A stretch of 64,000 nucleotides of DNA. Source: Mobula birostris (lineage: Eukaryota). Below, one piece after another: positions 47,775-59,529 of this stretch. Numbering within the stretch: position 1 is the first letter of the stretch; every line of letters starts with the position of its first letter. The notes below the pieces were generated by a model that saw nothing but the letters and a program-made list of their open reading frames with translations, was not told the DNA's origin and ran no database searches. The stretch lies in assembly GCF_030028105.1 (NCBI RefSeq), contig NC_092383.1, positions 34,742,961 to 34,806,960 of the forward strand. The letters are read 5' to 3'. A program made the position numbers and the translations under genes.

Positions 47775-48310
47775 AGCAAAACTCTGTATACAAAGCTGGA
47801 AGTACTCTGCAGCTCAGGCAGTATCCATAGGGAGAGAAATTAATTTAATGTTTCAAATCATGGAGCTTTCATCAGAGCTGGAAGAGTGAGCAGAAAGAAA
47901 ATTGTTTTAAGTGGCAGAGAGGGAGAGGAGAGAAATGGATAGAACATATCTCTGTGATAAGTTGTCAAGGTAACACAACTGACAGGTAGATACAGAAGAG
48001 GAGAAAAGGAGGGCAAATTGAAATGGAGAGGTACATTGAGTGAAAACAAGGTGATTACCTAATATCATGAAGTTCAGTATTAAATCCAGAGAGCTGTGAC
48101 ACACCTCGTTGGAAGGTAAAGTGCCCTTCCTCAAGCTGATGTCTTGGAGCAATGTAGCAGAATGGAGGCAGAAGTTCACAGCGAAAGCAGGATGAAGAAT
48201 TAATGTGACAAGATGCTGAGAACTCAGGATCATCCTTGCAGACTGAAAAGAGGAACACCACAAAAAGTCATCCCTTCTACATCTGGGTGTCAATTATAGA
48301 GCAGATTCCA
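47775..48310 (-). mobile_element. Decayed Penelope-like 3' fragment (GIY-YIG end plus pLTR)
   Basis: Antisense pLTR motif (AAAGCTGGAAGTACTCTGCAGCTCAGGCAGTATCCATAG...TTCATCAGAGCT) and remnants of the LIFRLG/GMNI end. Confidence 0.55.
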
Positions 48311-48429
48311 TCATGAGCAGTGACTACATTACAAGAAGCAGACTGGCGAATCTTCATTGGACTCTCTATAGCACATATTGCAAAATACTCGAATGTAGGC
48401 CCCCTACAAGACTACATAATTGCAGTAAG

Positions 48430-49990
48430 ATTTTGTTAAGCATGTATTCCAGTCCTCTTGCAAGGAACATGCTATTTTACTTTCCAAATTGCTTGGTTAA
48501 CCTGCATGTTAGCTTTCAGCAATGTGGAGAAGCATACCCTAGTCCCTTTGTCCTGAATAGTCTTAGCCTGAAACATCAACTGTTTATTCACTTCCACAGA
48601 CGCTGCTTGACTTACTGATATCCTTCATCGTTTTCTGTATGTTGCTCAAGAATGACAGTATCTGCAACACATTGTGTGTTTTTGAATATCAACATTTCTC
48701 TTACCATTCAAAAATGCATAGCATTTCTGTATTTTTCTACTGAATCATATAACTTCACATTTTCCACATGGTACTCTACAAAACTCATCTAGTCTAATCT
48801 TCTTGCAATCTCTTTACAAGGCCAAGGCCATTGTTACTTGCATTCCCGCTTAGTATTGTGACCTTAGCAAACTTGTAAATATTGCATTTGGGTTCTCTCA
48901 GGCAAATTGCTGATGCAGGCTGTGAATAGTTGGAAGTCAAGTATTGACTCTATGCTATCCCACCAGTCATTGACTGCAATCTTTGAATTCCTACAAAGAC
49001 AAGAAAATCTACAGATACTGGAAATCCAAGAAAAACACACAAATTGCTGGAGGAACTCAGCAGGTCAGGCAGCATCTATGGAAAAGAGTAAACAGTTGAA
49101 GTTTCAGGCCAAGACCCTTCTTCAGGACACATTTTCCATGAACTTCTGCGTTTGGTTTCTGTCTGCCATCTGATGTTCAGTCTATGCAAGTATGTTGCAC
49201 TGTTCTGTGAACTTTGATCTTGTTCAGTTATCTCCTGTGAGGGACCTTATGAAAAACTATCTGAAAATCCAAATGCATTACATCTATCAGATACCCCTCA
49301 TTGCTCCTACCTCATACATCCACAAAGAACTCAGAAACTAATAGACAAGTATGATTTTCTTTTCATAAGTTCATGTTGACTCTATTCAACCATATTATTT
49401 TCTAAGTGCCTCAATACCACTTCCTTTATTATACATTTCTGCTCTTCTCCTTTCTTGAATAATGGGTTCACGCTTGCTTCCCTTCAAGCTGAAAGAGCCA
49501 CTTAAAAGAGATAGAATTTTGGATTCATTATTTCTACAAACATCTCTGGATGCAGATCATCAGGTTCATGGGATCATTTTCAGGCTTCTTAACTGTTTTC
49601 ACTAATATATATATTTATAATTTCCTTATTTGTTCTGAATACTGAGCTCTCTGATATCTCTGAAAGGTTGAGTCTTCTTTTATGAAGAAACTGTTTAGTT
49701 CATCTGCCATTTTCCTATTCTTTATTATAAATTCTCTTTTATACCTGGAGAAGAACAACAATTTTCCTCACTAGCTTTTCTTTTCTCTTTCATACACTTA
49801 GAGATTTTCTTGCAGTGCTTTTATTTTTTTACATAGTTTCTTCTGTTTTCCTTTTTTTTTATCAACTTTTTGACAAGTTTTAAAATGCTTAGCTTACTGC
49901 TTTTTCCAATGCACTTTTCTGAGATTAGTACTATCTCTAATTTCTCCTGTAATCCTGCATTGAACCACATTCCCTGCTGTTGTGCCTGAA
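48430..49990 (-). mobile_element. Old CR1 LINE, with Penelope end fragments at about 48555-48680 and 48995-49130
   Basis: Antisense CR1 motifs (GGGACCTTATGAAAAACTATCTGAAAATCCAAAT). A hammerhead-like GTCCTGAAGAAGGGTCTTGGCCTGAAAC lies on the minus strand at 49094-49128. Confidence 0.6.
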
Positions 49991-50154
49991 AGGTACATTG
50001 CCTTGTAAAAATACTCCGTCCCCAAACCTTTGTCTACACATGCAGTAAATAAGTATTATAGCCAGGGATTTTGATCAATTTAGCTGAGAATTTTTATTTG
50101 TGAATCACATTCTCATTTTTTTCACACTAGAGCCTAAAAAAACAGAAAAAATTG

Positions 50155-50480
50155 AAGCTGAGGCTGTGAGACTGCTCGGGCTGCACTGGGCTGCAAACTG
50201 TGACAGGCTTCCTCACTGTGTGATAAATTGAGGCTCAGGCTATGGGCCTGCTCTGCCTGCTCCAGGCTTCGTGAAAATGCTCTCACTTTTGCTCTGGATG
50301 CTGTTGCTTGCTTTTATTGTTTGCGCAGTGTGTGTGTTTTTTTTCTTTCTCTGTGCATTGGGTGTTTGTTGGTCCTTTTTTAATGGGCTCTTTTGGGTTT
50401 CTTGCTTTGTGGCTGCCCGTAAGCAGACGAATCCCAAGGCTGCATAATTTATAAATACTTTGACAATAAATGTACTTCAA
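50155..50480 (+). mobile_element. Short Rex1-type non-autonomous or 3'UTR fragment inside the Tc1 TIR
   Basis: The end TTTAATGGG..CTTTGTGGCTGCCCGTAAG..GAATC...TACTTTGACAATAAATGTACTT is shared with 22705-22790 and 60775-60890. Confidence 0.65.
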
Positions 50481-50546
50481 AAGAATGAAAAATTAAAATT
50501 TCAAAACCTGAGATCTCTGTGTTCAAAAGTATTCATCCCCTTTTGC

Positions 50547-51391
50547 TCAATACTTAGTTGAACCACCTCTCGCAGCCAGTAGCCTTTTTGGATAAATATC
50601 TACTAGCTTTGAACAACGTGATGTAGCAAGAGTTGCCCGTTCTTTCTTACAAAGCTGCTCAAGCTCTGTCAGGTTAGTTGGGGAACAGCAGTGGACAGCA
50701 ATCTTGAGGTCTTGCCTGATATGTCTGGTCAGGTTAAAGTCAGGACTCTGACTAGGATACTCAAGGACATCAATTTTCTTCATTTGAAGCCACTCCATGC
50801 TTGCTCTGGCAGTGTACTTTGGGGCATTGTCCAGCTGTAAGACAAACATCCTCGCCAGTTTAAGCCATCTCGCAGAAGCTAGCGGGTTTTTACCCAGGAA
50901 CTTTCTGTATTTAGCCGCATTCATCTTCTCATCAATCCTGACCAGATTTCTGGTCCCTGCAGCTGAAAAGCATCCCAAAGCATGATGCTAACTCCACCAT
51001 ACTTAATAGTTGGGATGGTGTTACCTGGCTGATGTGTAGTATTAGATTTACGCCACATGTACTGCTTAGTGTTCAGGCCAAAAAGTTCTACTTTAGTCTC
51101 ATTTGACACTTTATTCTCATCCAACCACAAGACCTTCTTCCATATCTTTACAGTATCTTCTAAGCAATGCTTTCCAAAGTATTTACGGGCAAGGATATGT
51201 GTTTTTTTGCCAGGGTTTCTTCCTCTTCCATTAATACTATTTTTGTGCAAGGCCTCAGAGATTGTGGAGCACTGAACGTCATCTCTAGTCGCAGCCATTG
51301 ACATCTGAAGCTCACTCAGAGTGACTGTTGACATCACAGTCGTCTCTCTTACAAGTGCCATTCTTCTAAGTTTAAAGCGACAGCCTGACAT
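50547..51391 (-). pseudogene. Frameshifted Tc1 DD34E transposase
   Basis: WKKVLWLDENK..ELFG...KYGGVSIMLW / GCFSAAG...MNAAKY...LQLDNAPKY...PSQSPDFN...RGGSTKY. The catalytic E region is mutated. Confidence 0.88.
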
Positions 51392-51458
51392 AGGCAGTGT
51401 GACTGTGGTTTAATATTTTTTCCACTTTTTCACAATGGGCTGCATTAAGCTCCGAGGT

Positions 51459-54400
51459 ATAAGACTATAAGACATAGGAGCAGAATTAGTTCATTTGACC
51501 AGTTGAGTCTGCTCCACCACTTCATCATGGTTGATCCATTTTTCCTCTCGCCCCAATCTCCTGCCTTCTCCCCGTAACCCTTCAAACCCATACCAATCAA
51601 GAATCTATCAACCTCTGCCTTAAATATACATAAAGACTTGGCTTCCACAGTTGCCTGTTGCAAAGAATGCCACAGATTCACCACACACTGGCTAAAGAAA
51701 TTCCTTCTCATCTCCGTTCGAAGAGGATGCACCTCTATTCTGATTCTGTGTCCTCTTCTCTTAGATTCTCCCAGCATAGGAAGCATCCTCTCCACATCCA
51801 CTCTATTAAGGTCTTTCACTATTCGATAGATTTCAACGAGGTCACCCCACATTCTTCTGAATTCCAGTAATTACAGGCCTAGAGCCATCAAACATTCTTC
51901 ATATGACAAACCATTCAATCCTGAAACCACTTTTGTGAAGCTACTTTCAACCCTCTCCAGTTTCATCACATGTCTTCTAAGATAAGGGGGCCAAGCCTGC
52001 TCACAATATTCCAAGTGAAGCCTCACCAGTGCTTTACAAAGTTTCATCATTACATCCTTGCTTTTATATTCTAGTCCTCTTGAAATGAATGCTAACATCC
52101 CATTTGCCTTCCTTACCCCAGACTTAACTTGCAAATTACCATTTAGGGAATCCTGTACAAGGACTCCCAAATCCATTTGTGCCTCAGTATTTTTGTATTT
52201 TCTCTCCATTTAGAGAATAGTCAACCCTTTCATTTCTTCTTCCAAAGTTCATGACCATACATTTCCCAACACCATATTTCAACTGCCAGTTCTTTGCCCA
52301 TTCTCCTAATTTGTCAAAGTCTTTCTGTAGCCTCTTTATTTCTTCAAAACTACCTGCTTCTCCACCTATCTTCATATCATCTGCAAACTTTGCAACAAAG
52401 CCATCAATTCCATCATCCAAATCATTGACGTATAGTGTAAAAAGAATCAATCCAACACTCATCTCTGTGGAACACCATTAGTCACCGGCAGCCAACCAGA
52501 ATGGGCTCTCTTTATTCGCACACTTCACCTCCTGCCAGTCAGCCACTGTGTTATCCATGCTAGAATCTTCCCTGCAATACCATGGGGCCGAAGCTTGTTA
52601 TGTGGCTCATGTGTGGCACCTTGTCAAAGGCCTTCTGAAAATCCATCAACCACTTCTCCTTTTTCTATCTTGTTTTTTATTTCTTCAAAGAATTCCAGTA
52701 GATTTGTTAGGCAAGACTTTCCCTTAAGGAAACCATTTTGACTATGGCCTATTTTATCATGTACGCCAAAATGGCATCCTTAGCAATTGACTCCAACATT
52801 TTCCCACCCACTGAGGTCAGACTAATTGGCCTATAGTTTCCTTTCTACTGCCTCACTCCCTTCTTGAAAAGTAGAGTGACCTCTGCAACGTTCCAATCTT
52901 CCAGGACCAATCCAGAATCTAGTGATACTTGAAAGATCATTACTAATGCCTCCACAATCTATTCAGCCACCTCTTTCAGAACCCTGGCATGTACACCATC
53001 TGGTCCAAGTGACTTATCGACCTTCAGACCTTTCAGTTTCCCAAGAACCTTGTCCCTAGTAATGGTTAACTTCACACACCTTATGACCCCTAACACCTGG
53101 AAATTCCATCATACTGCTAGTGCTTTCCACAGTGAAGACTGATACAAGATAATTATTCAGTCCACCATTTCCTTGTCCCCCATTACTACCCTTCTAACAT
53201 TGTTTTCCAGCGGTCTGATTTCCCCTCTCACCTCCTTTTTACATGTTATGTTTCTGAAGTAACTTTCGGTATCCTTTTTAATATTATTGGCTAGCTTATT
53301 TTCATATTCCATCTTTACCTTCCTAATGACTTTTTTAGTTCCCTTCTGTTGGTATTTGAAAGCTTCCCAATCCTCTAACTTCCTACTAATGTTTGCTCTA
53401 TTATATGCTCTCCCGTTGATTTTTATGTTGGCTTTGACTTCTCTTCTTAACCATGATCGTGTCTTCTTGCCTTTAGAATACTTCTTCCTCTTTGGGATGT
53501 ATATTCCTGTGTCTTCCAAATTGCTTCCAGAAATTCCAGCCAATGCTGTTCTGCCATCACCCCTGATAGCGTACTTTTCCAATCTATTTTGGCTAACTCC
53601 TCCTTCTCAAATTTTAGGGACAAATTGATCATACTGTGATCACTTTCCCTGAGAGTTCTTTCACTTTAAGCTCTCTAATCAAAATTCTACATCATTACAT
53701 AACATCCAATCCAGAATAGTTGATCCCCTAGTGGTCTCAAGTATGAGCTTCTCTAAAAAGCCATCTCTTAGGCAGTCGAGAACTTCCCCCTCTTGGAATT
53801 CAGCCCCAACCTGATCTTTCCCCATCTAACTGCATATTGAAGTCCCGCATGACTATTGTAACTTTACTCTTTTGGCGTGTATTTTCTATCTCCTGTTGTA
53901 ATTTGTAGACCACATCCTTACTACTGTTTGGGGGGTACAACTACCATCCGGGTCTTTTTACCCCTGCAGTTCCTTCACTCTATCAACAATGATTCAACAC
54001 CTTCCGATCCTTGTCACCTCTTTATTATGATTTGATTTCATTTTTACCAACAGAGCAACACCACCCCCTCTGCCTTCCTGCCTGTCCTTTCAATACCCTG
54101 TATATACTTAGCACTCAGATCTGCAGTTGGATCTTCAACTGCCTCACAGACAGGACCCAGGCTGTAAAAACAGGGGACAAGCTCTCCTCTGCAATCACTC
54201 TGAGCACCAGTGCCCCACAAGGCTGTGTACTCAGCCCTCTGCTGTACTCACTGTACACCCATGATTGTGTAGCCAAGTTTCCATCAAACTCAACATATAA
54301 ATTTGCTGATGACACAACAATTGTAGGCTGTATCTCGGGTAATGATGAGTTTGAGTACAGAGAGGAAATTAAGAACCTGGTGGCATGGTGCGAAGACAAT

Positions 54401-55487
54401 AACCTATCCCTCAACGTCAGCAAGACGAAGGAATTGGTTGTTGACTTTAGAAGGAGTAGCGGACCGCATGACCCAATTTACATCGGTGGTGCGCAAGTGG
54501 AACAGGTCAAAAGCTTTAAGTTCCTCAGGGTCAATATCACAAATGACCTGACTTGGTCCAACCAAGCAGAGTTTACCACAAGAAGGCCCACCAGCGCCTT
54601 TACTTCCTGAGAAAACTAAAGAAATTTGGCCTGTCCCTTAAAACCCTCACTAATTTTTATACATGCACCATAGAAAGCATTCTTCTAGGGTGCATCACAA
54701 CCTGGTATGGAAGTTGTCCTGTCCAAGACCAAAAGAAGCTGCAGAAGATCATGAACACAACAAAGCACATCACACAAACCAATCTTCCGTCCTTGGACTC
54801 ACCTTACACCGCACGCTGTTGGAGCAGTGCTGCCAGGATAATCAAGGACACGACCCACCCAGCCAACACACTTTTCGTCCCTCTTCCCTCTGGGAGAAGG
54901 TTCAGGAGCTTGAAGACTCGTATGGCTAGATTTGGGAACAGCTTCTTTCCAACCGTGATAAGACTGCTGAACGGATCCTGACCCAGATCTGGGCCGTACC
55001 CTCCAAATATCTGGACCTGCCTCTCGGTTTTTTTGCATTACCTTACTTCCCATTTTTCTATTTTCTATTTATGATTTATAATTTAAATTTTTAATATTTA
55101 CTAATTTTAACTACTTTTAATATTTTTAATATTTAATTTTTTAAATCCAAGGAGTGTGAAGCGTAGAATCAAATATCGCTGTGATGATTGTACTTTCTAG
55201 TACCAATTGTTTGGCGACAATGAAGTATAAAGTATTAAGCTCCTAGCTATAATCTTCTTTCAGCCATAATTCAGTGATGCCCACAAAATCAAATATGCCT
55301 ATCTGCAACTGTGCTACAAGTTCATCGACCTTATTCCATATACTGCACACATTCAAATATAACATCTTCAGTCCTGTATTCAGCCTTTTCAATTTTGTCC
55401 ACCTTTTATGTTGCAACTCATCTTGTTGACTGCAATTTTGCCCTATCATTAGTTTCTCCTTGCTAGGAGTCTCACTACACATTGCCT
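51459..55487 (-). mobile_element. Near full ORF2-length CR1 LINE inside the Tc1 element
   Basis: EN start LKMLYLNVCSIWNKVDEL...VGITELWL (55243-55482), RT LFTLYVNDLDDG..KFADDMKIGG (52184-52462), C-terminus (51445-52209) and an 8-nt tail ATAAGACT/ATAAGACA. Confidence 0.92.
54106..55234 (+). mobile_element. Relatively young 5'-truncated Rex1/Babar LINE inside the CR1
   Basis: LSTSAPQGCVLSPLLYSLYTHDC..KFADDTTIVG..LNVSKTKELVVDFRR, then one frameshift to KKAHQRLYFLRKLKKFG..IESIL.GCITTWYG..LPSGRRFRS..FFPTVIRLLN. The tail is GAAGTATAAAGTA. Confidence 0.93.
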
Positions 55488-56154
55488 TTCAGTACCTTTG
55501 AGATGGTCTTGTGTCATGTTCCTGATTTGCCTTGAATGCTCGTATGTCATCAATTTGATTTGGTCTGTTGAAAATCTACCATACTGTTAGATGTACAGAG
55601 AGAGGGGTATTTATTCAGGTGATCCTCCAATTTTCTATATCAACAAATGGGGTGAGCTAGGTAATATACAGTATTGCACCTGAGGAAATTTGGTGTAGTA
55701 ATTACACAGGGGATGAATACTTCCTTAGCTGCACAAGTTTGGATTTTCATTTTTAGTAAATTGTGACAGGTTTTGGAATTTGTCTTTTGATTTGATATGA
55801 TGCACAATGTTTTGTAGATGAGCCCGAAAAATACTAATTCTATATGTTTTAAAGTTAGAAAATGAGACAGTAAAATGTGAAAATAGTTGAGGGAGTGAAT
55901 ACTTTTTCAAGGCACTGTATATCTTTGTTGCAAGTCATGTATTATTTCTCTGAAAGCTAGTCACTGCCTGTCCTACTGTCACGCTCTTTAATATATGCTA
56001 ACCAGCTTGTCTCTCACTGTTTCCTATGTTTAAATTAATATCATCTTTCAACAATGTGAGGTAGCATGATGCTTGTACGGAATATTGACCAGTTTTCCAA
56101 ATGGTCTTCCTCAATACTGTGAAGTTAATGTTGACTTAGCCATTCAACCATTGA

Positions 56155-56625
56155 ACACGTCTACATGAAACGCTGTCACAGGAAAGCAGCTTCCACCATT
56201 AGATACCTCCACCACCTACAACATGCTCTTTTCTCACTACTGCTGTCAGGAAGAAGGTACAGGAGCCCCGGGGCTTGCACCAACAGGTTTAGGGACAATT
56301 ATTACCCCTCAACCATCGGGCTCTTGAACTTGCCCCATCGTTGAAATGTTCCCACAATCAATGGACTCACTTTCAAGGATTCTTCATCACATGTTCTTGA
56401 TGCTTATTGCTTATTTATTTGTATTATTCTTTCTTCTTTTTGCATTTGCACAGTTTATTGTCTTCTGTACTTTAGTTGAACATCTTGGTTGGGCAATCAT
56501 TTATTGATTCTGTTATAGTTACTATTCTGTAGATTTGCTGAATATGGCCAGAAAAAAATTAATCTCCGGGTTGCATGTAGCGACATATACGGTATTTACT
56601 TTGATAATATAATTACTTTGAACTT
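56155..56625 (+). mobile_element. Rex1/Babar LINE 3' fragment
   Basis: CAGGAAAGCAGC...TCAGGAAGAAGGTACAGGAGC...TTACCCCTCAACCATC and a tail TACTTTGAACTTTG. It mirrors 27670-28780. Confidence 0.8.
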
Positions 56626-56859
56626 TGCAAATGCATGTCCTCACAAATGGAACTCTTTGAAGACCTTCTTAATCCCAGCACCACACATGACCTGCACCAC
56701 CTTATTATATTCCTTCCTCACTGATCCTTAATCCATTGGGTGTCCTTAACATCAGCAACACTAAGTAAAATCCAGCTGTAGTACTGGGTTGAAACAGAAT
56801 GAAGTGTCATCAGCGACCAGAATCGTTTTGCTGGCACACTCAATATTGAATGTCACAGT

Positions 56860-57420
56860 GAGCTACAGCATGGAAACAGGTCCTTCAGCCCATTAAGTCT
56901 GCATTGACCATCAACCAACCAGTTTTATTAATCCTATAATAATTCCACTTTTTACTTTTCCCATATTCTCATCAATTGGCGTGTGGCCAAGTGGTTAAGG
57001 CGTCAGTCTAGTGATCTGAAGGTTGCTAGTTTGAGTCTCAGCTGAGGCAGTGTGTTGTGTCCTTGAGCAAGGCACTTAACCACACATTCCTCTGCGACGA
57101 GCTGTATCGGCCCTAGTGCCCTTCCCTTGGACAACATCGATGCCATGGAGAGGGGAGACTTGCAGCATGGGCAACTGCCAGCCTTCCATACAACCTTGCC
57201 CAGGCCTGCGCCCTGGAAACCTTCCAAGGCGCAAATCCACAGTCTCAGGAGATTAATGGATGACTTTGATTCTCATCAATTCACCCCATTCCCCAGATTC
57301 TACCGCTCACCCACCCACTGGAGATAATTTATAGCTGGTGTAACCAATCAACACGTGTCCTTAGGATGTAGGAAAAATGGTATACCCATGCAGTCACAGG
57401 GAAACCATCTAAACTCCATA
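56860..57420 (-). mobile_element. V-SINE, host of CORE-SINE copy C
   Basis: Antisense ACAGCATGGAAACAGGTCCTTCAGCCC tail and ...TTAGGATGTAGGA...CCCATGCAGTCACAGGG...AAACTCCA V domain. Confidence 0.7.
56978..57268 (+). mobile_element. tRNA-derived CORE-type SINE, copy C
   Basis: A box TGGCCAAGTGG, a B-box-like sequence and CORE-like TGTGTCCTTGAGCAAGGCACTTAACC. A perfect 13-bp TSD ATTCTCATCAATT lies at 56965-56977 and 57269-57281. Confidence 0.92.
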
Positions 57421-57769
57421 TGGAGTATGTCTTTTGTCCATTAGCAGATGTGTCATTACTGATTTCCATTAGCAGCAAGGATGTTATTGATTGTCTGTCA
57501 CATGGAATTATTTCATTGACAAATAACTTCTTTGATGCCTTTGATGACCATTGATGCTTTCCTTCTTCCTGCCAGTTTTTGATAGCATGTATAGGTTATT
57601 AATTTTGCACTGGAATTAGGAACAAGGAGAACGGTTTGCAATAATCAAAGTGTAGAGAGCTGAAAGTCCAGGTATTATGTTGCAGGTGTAGTTGGCTGCT
57701 ATAAAGAGCATTGCTTGATCAAGGAGTTTTGTGCACAGACTTGCCCAAAATGTAAAATACCAGTGGCAA

Positions 57770-58630
57770 GCAAACACGTGAAAAAATGTGGAGAGAGTGA
57801 GCAATTTCAAGTTCCTGGGTGTTAATATCGCTGAGGATGTATCCTGGACCCAGCATGTCGATGCAGCTACAAAGAGAGCACAGTGAAGCTGTATTTCATT
57901 GGGAGTTTGAGGAGATTTGGTATGTCACCAAAGACACAGTCAAATTTCTACAGGTGTACTGTGCAGAGCATTCTAACTGGCTGCATCATCATCTGGTATG
58001 GGGGGGGGATGGGGGTGAGTTTTTTACTGCAAAGAATCGAAATAAGTTGGAAAAATTTGTAAGCTTAGTCAGCACTATCATGCTAACTAACCTCCATAAT
58101 ATCCAACCCATCTTCAAGGAAAGATGCATTAAAAAGGCAGCATCCATCACTAAGGACTCCCATCATCCAGGTCATGCCCAGCTCTCATTGCTAACATCAG
58201 GAGGGAGGTACAGAAGCCTAAAGGCCCACACCCAAGAATTCAGGAACAGCTTCTTCCCCTCTGCCATCCGATTTCTTTCTTTTTCCAATATTTTTATTAA
58301 ATTTCATATACACAAATACAGAATTCATAAGGATACTTATTATAAATCAAAATAAGGTAGCACAAAATGCACTATATATAAATCACACTGATACAATCAC
58401 GATGTCCCATATTCATGATCAATCAAATAAAATAAAACCATCTGATTTCTGAATGGACATTGAACCCATGAACACTACCTTACTACTTTTTTATTTTTAC
58501 TTTTGCACTAATTATTTAATTTAACTATTTAATATATTTACTTTAATTTACGTTTCTCTATTATTATGTATTGCATTGCACTGCAGCCACAAAGGCAAGT
58601 TTCATGACATATGCTGGTGATGATTCTGAA
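57770..58630 (+). mobile_element. Rex1/Babar LINE 3' fragment
   Basis: ORF 57819-58355 ends KKAASITKDSHHPGHAQLSLLTSGGRYRSLKAHTQEFRNSFFPSAIRFL. Confidence 0.85.
58277..58437 (-). mobile_element. 161-bp extremely 5'-truncated L1-type retroposed fragment
   Basis: A 13-bp TSD CCATCCGATTTCT/CCATCTGATTTCT lies at 58264-58276 and 58438-58450. The minus strand has AATAAA plus an A-rich tail. Confidence 0.7.
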
Positions 58631-59529
58631 ATTATGTGGCTCTTTGATACTTGCACCTCAGCTCAAAGACAGAATGAGGTTCTGCCATGACCACACTCTT
58701 TTAAAGTTACCTTGAAATAACAATGGTAAACAAGATTAAGCAAAACTGAAAAGCATTTTGTAAGTACAAGATATTAAAAGTAAGAGATTACCCAGAGAAA
58801 TATAGCTGTCCAGTAGAGACCACAGCGTCGATGAAGCTACAGATTTTAAATGACTCCTAATGGGAAGTATGTTTTAATTGATGAATTCAGGGAGGAGGAA
58901 TGGTGAAATACTCATTAAAAATGAGAGAACATGTCTCTTTTTTTTTGCTCAAAAGGAGAAGGTATCAGAAATTTCAGTGGACTTAAAGATGAATATATCC
59001 ACAGGGAGTGTTGAGATGCATCTCAGGCTGCTGTGGGGAGCATGGAAGGAGATTGCTGGGTCACTGCCAGAGATTTTTAAATATTTCAAAGCCACAGGTG
59101 AACTAGCAGATGGCTAAAGGATAGAGAGTGTGTGTTTATCCAGGAGGGATATGTCAAGTCATTACTATGAATCAAATGTCACCAGTGGGGAAGTTACTGG
59201 AAAAAATCCAGAGGGTCAAAATTAATCTGCATTTGGAAGGGCAGAGATTAATCAAAGATAGTCAGCATGAATTTATTACAGGGAAATAAAATCTCATGGT
59301 TGTTGATGATATAGCCTGTGTCTGAAAGCAAGGAACGGCCTGAAGTTTGGTCAATTTAAGTGCATGGCATGATTGAAAAGATCAGGTTGTTGGTGCCAGA
59401 AGGATGGGCCTATGTTCAGCTCGTTGCTCTGCAAGGTTTACCCATTTCTGAGCTGAACTGAGGCTGTGGCCTGCAATTAATGGGCTCCTGGATCGGCTGT
59501 AGTGCTGACTGGCTTCATGGCTGTGGAGT

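Larger units (their letters stand above)
49996..55917 (-). mobile_element. Tc1/mariner DNA transposon (IR/DR type) expanded by nested insertions
   Basis: TA-flanked ends CATTGCCTTGTAAAAATACTC... and ...GAATACTTTTTCAAGGCACTG, with inner repeats AAAGTATTCATCCCC (about 50526-50540) and GGGGATGAATACTT (about 55709-55722). Confidence 0.9.
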
